From: Lama guanicoe
Lineage: Eukaryota
Length of the DNA stretch: 64,000 nucleotides
Direction: 5' to 3'
Assembly: GCA_013239625.1 (NCBI GenBank)
Contig: MU054391.1
Span: 4,111,824 to 4,175,823, forward strand
Shown piece after piece: positions 61,793-64,000 of the stretch (positions are counted from its first letter, which is position 1; each line of letters starts with the position of its first letter). Position numbers and translations under genes: made by a program. The notes under the pieces were generated by a model. The model worked only from the letters and a program-made list of their open reading frames with translations. It had not been told where the DNA came from and did not search any database.

Positions 61793-61818
61793 TGTGTGTG
61801 TGTGTGTGTGTGTGTGTG
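61793..61818. repeat. (TG)13 microsatellite
   Basis: Read directly from the sequence. Confidence 0.95.
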
Positions 61819-62437
61819 TTCATCTACGTGGTTTTGAGTGTGTGATGTCAATACCCAGTCAGTTTAATGAAGTGTTCCTTTTTTCAGGCATTTCAAGGTT
61901 GCTTGGCACTTTTGCAAAAGATGTGTGCTGGTTACCACCCCGAGACTAGATTACACATCATCTCTTAGGGTGCAGAAGGTGGGAGATAAATGTGTTTAAC
62001 GTATATGCACAGATTCCAAGAACCCAAGATAGAAAGAGATGGACACTGAGAGATGCGGGTGGACGCTGAGGGAGTTAAGGGGGGGAAAGACTCTCTCCAA
62101 TTGGAGGATTGGGAAACCTTCCAGGGGAAGAGGTAGCATTTTGGGAAACCTTCCCTTGGAGAAGCACCATTTCACCTGAGACGTGCATGGTGGATAGGTT
62201 TGGACTTGCAGGTGCAGAGAACAATACAAGCAAAAGCGAACAACCGCTGAATCGTCCTGCGTGAATCTCAAGGTTCCCTGAGGTAGCCCTGCTCCGGACA
62301 TTCCCCTGCTCGTGGCTGGAAGCACCAAGCGGACTGCGGAGGTGCAGCCCAACTGGAGGTCCGCTGCGGGCTGAGAGCCGCCAGGTTCCTTGCTGCGCAG
62401 GGTCTGCTTTGGCTTTTGGATTAAACACTGCGTAAAG

Positions 62438-62630
62438 CAGTGGTTCTCAAAGTGTAGTTCCTGGCGAAGCGGCATCCCTGTCACCTGGGAATTTTCTAGA
62501 AACGCGCGTCTCTGGACGTCACTCGTCCTAATGGTGCTGAGTCAGAGACTCAAGGCAGGGGGCCCGGACACCTGGGTTTCACAGGCCCTCCGGGTGTTCC
62601 TGATGTTTCTGGTGCTGTGAATTGTAGCCC
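62438..62630. mobile_element. MER5A-like hAT-Charlie MITE
   Basis: 'cagtggttctcaaagtgtagt...gcatc...cacctgggaattttctagaaacgc...ctgagtcagagactc...gccctccgggtgttcctgatg'. Confidence 0.85.
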
Positions 62631-63624
62631 AAAGCGCTGACGATGAAACCCTCATTCAGACAGCAGCACGTCTGCACTTGACCTTTCCTCCTGATGCAGC
62701 GCCGGGCTGGGTTATCCAGCCTTTCTTGTGCCTTCACAGAGAACTTTGGTAAGGGCCCAGCTCGGACTATATTTATTTTTAGGGCACCTTTGGTAGTTAA
62801 CCTTACTAATGATTTGCCTGCTCCTTTGATTTACAGAATCACACATGAGTGCGGATCTGTGGGCTCACGCCAGGAAGCCGGCAGTCCCATGGTTCCTCTG
62901 CTGAGCTCCCGAAAGCCCCAAACCCCAGGCGCTACAGGAAGGGGGAGGGCATCGTGGCTGTCGGCGCCCAGGCAGGTGAGACACATGGCTTCACCTCAAA
63001 CGTACGGGCCACCTAAACTCTGCCGTCTGAGCCCCTGAGGTCAACTACAGGGTCCTTGGAAGATGGGTGACTTTTTGTGCAGTGCCGTTGGGTGACGCCA
63101 GGAGTGCTTCCGGCTCTGGTAGAGACTAAAGGAGAAGTCTATGTGGCTGGACATTGACCCAAAGCCTTTCCCTTTCACAGTGCAGAGCTGGAGTCGCAGG
63201 GCCCATTGCTCTCTGCGGTTGTCCCTTCGACCCCTGGTGCCCACTCCCTTCAGGGCTGGCCCTGTTTGCCACATGAATGCAAGTCACTGGTATCGACCCA
63301 ACTCCAGTTGGAGTCGAAAGATCTCAGTGTTCCCACGGCCATGGTGAAGACTAGAAAGTGAGGAAACTCGGCCAAGTTCATTGGATGAGAAATTGCAGAG
63401 CGCCATGGGTCTACAGTTCAGCACTCCTTTCCCTTTATCATGCCGCCTCTTCCAGCACAGGCCGTGCCAACCCCATCAGCGAGGGACACAGCTGCGCCCA
63501 GGAGCCCGCAGGTGACATAACAGGTCGGGGGGGGGGCAGGGGAGGGGGGCGTACTTGCCCCCCTAAGGCGAGCAGCCCCAGCCAGTCATCACCATGTGAA
63601 AACCCAGGCCCAGTGCTGGCAGGC

Positions 63625-63750
63625 TGTACTTTTTAATGTGAAAACTACCAATTTTTAAATGTTGCCTCAAATGAAAAATGACTGTGTGAGATAAACAAAC
63701 ATGTTTATAGGTCTGATGGGGGCCACGGGCCACCAGTTTGAAAACCCCAC
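63625..63750. mobile_element. hAT-type DNA transposon end (MER102/103-like, tentative)
   Basis: 'tttttaatgtgaaaactaccaatttttaaatgttg...ggccacgggccaccagtttgaaaacccc'. Confidence 0.5.
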
Positions 63751-63799
63751 CGTTTCGAGTGAAGTTGTGCCCCACACTGACTTTCCTCATTTTTTTTCT

Positions 63800-64000
63800 C
63801 AGTTCACTTAGTTTGAAGTCATCCCTTTTCCAGCCCTCCCGCCTAGAGCAACATCTGCTCTTATCTCTTTGACCTACTTTTGTTCATGCCATTCTTCTTG
63901 CCTGTTGTGTAGAATCCTCTCCCACATCCAGCCCAACTTAACTGTTTTTCAAGATCTAAGTCAAGTCACACCGCCACCACGCAGCCTTCCTTGGCAGCCC
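63800..64000 (+). mobile_element. L2 fragment
   Basis: 'cttttgttcatgccattcttcttgcctg...ttcaagatctaagtcaagtcacacc...gcagccttccttg'. Confidence 0.65.

Noticed and set aside
61996..62484. 162 aa ORF (- strand)
   Set aside because: It starts inside MER5A at a non-ATG codon and has no recognisable motif.
1..64000. CRISPR arrays, operons, tRNA/rRNA genes or other prokaryotic-type systems
   Set aside because: No regularly spaced repeat-spacer array, no dense ORFs and no RNA-gene signatures; the sequence is clearly mammalian repeat-rich non-coding DNA.

Overview
This is mammalian, AT-rich, repeat-dense non-coding DNA, either a gene desert or a very large intron. I recognise no intact protein-coding gene, RNA gene or prokaryotic-type system, and the supplied ORFs are almost all chance or transposon-derived. 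Four young, 5'-truncated L1 3' ends (829, 15886, 33176, 36912) have a 3'UTR I associate with camelids. I saw no Alu, B1, Bov-tA, PRE1 or Can-SINE, so a camelid-like artiodactyl is my tentative host. Older repeats include MIR, L2, L1M, MLT1/ERVL LTRs, MER5, MER53 and Tigger pieces; all family names are from memory, not from a database search. The most notable element is an internally deleted two-LTR provirus (~22823-25203) inside an L2, which still carries a readable gamma-type env TM remnant (heptad repeat, ISD-like segment, CX6CC, membrane anchor). Also notable are a twin-primed 5'-inverted L1, a pair of orphan CpG-rich patches at 40.4-42.1 kb with CTCF/REST-like motifs and a strong splice donor, and several repeat-free, TAAT-rich blocks that look like conserved enhancers. 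I could not support a genuinely new biological system from sequence alone.
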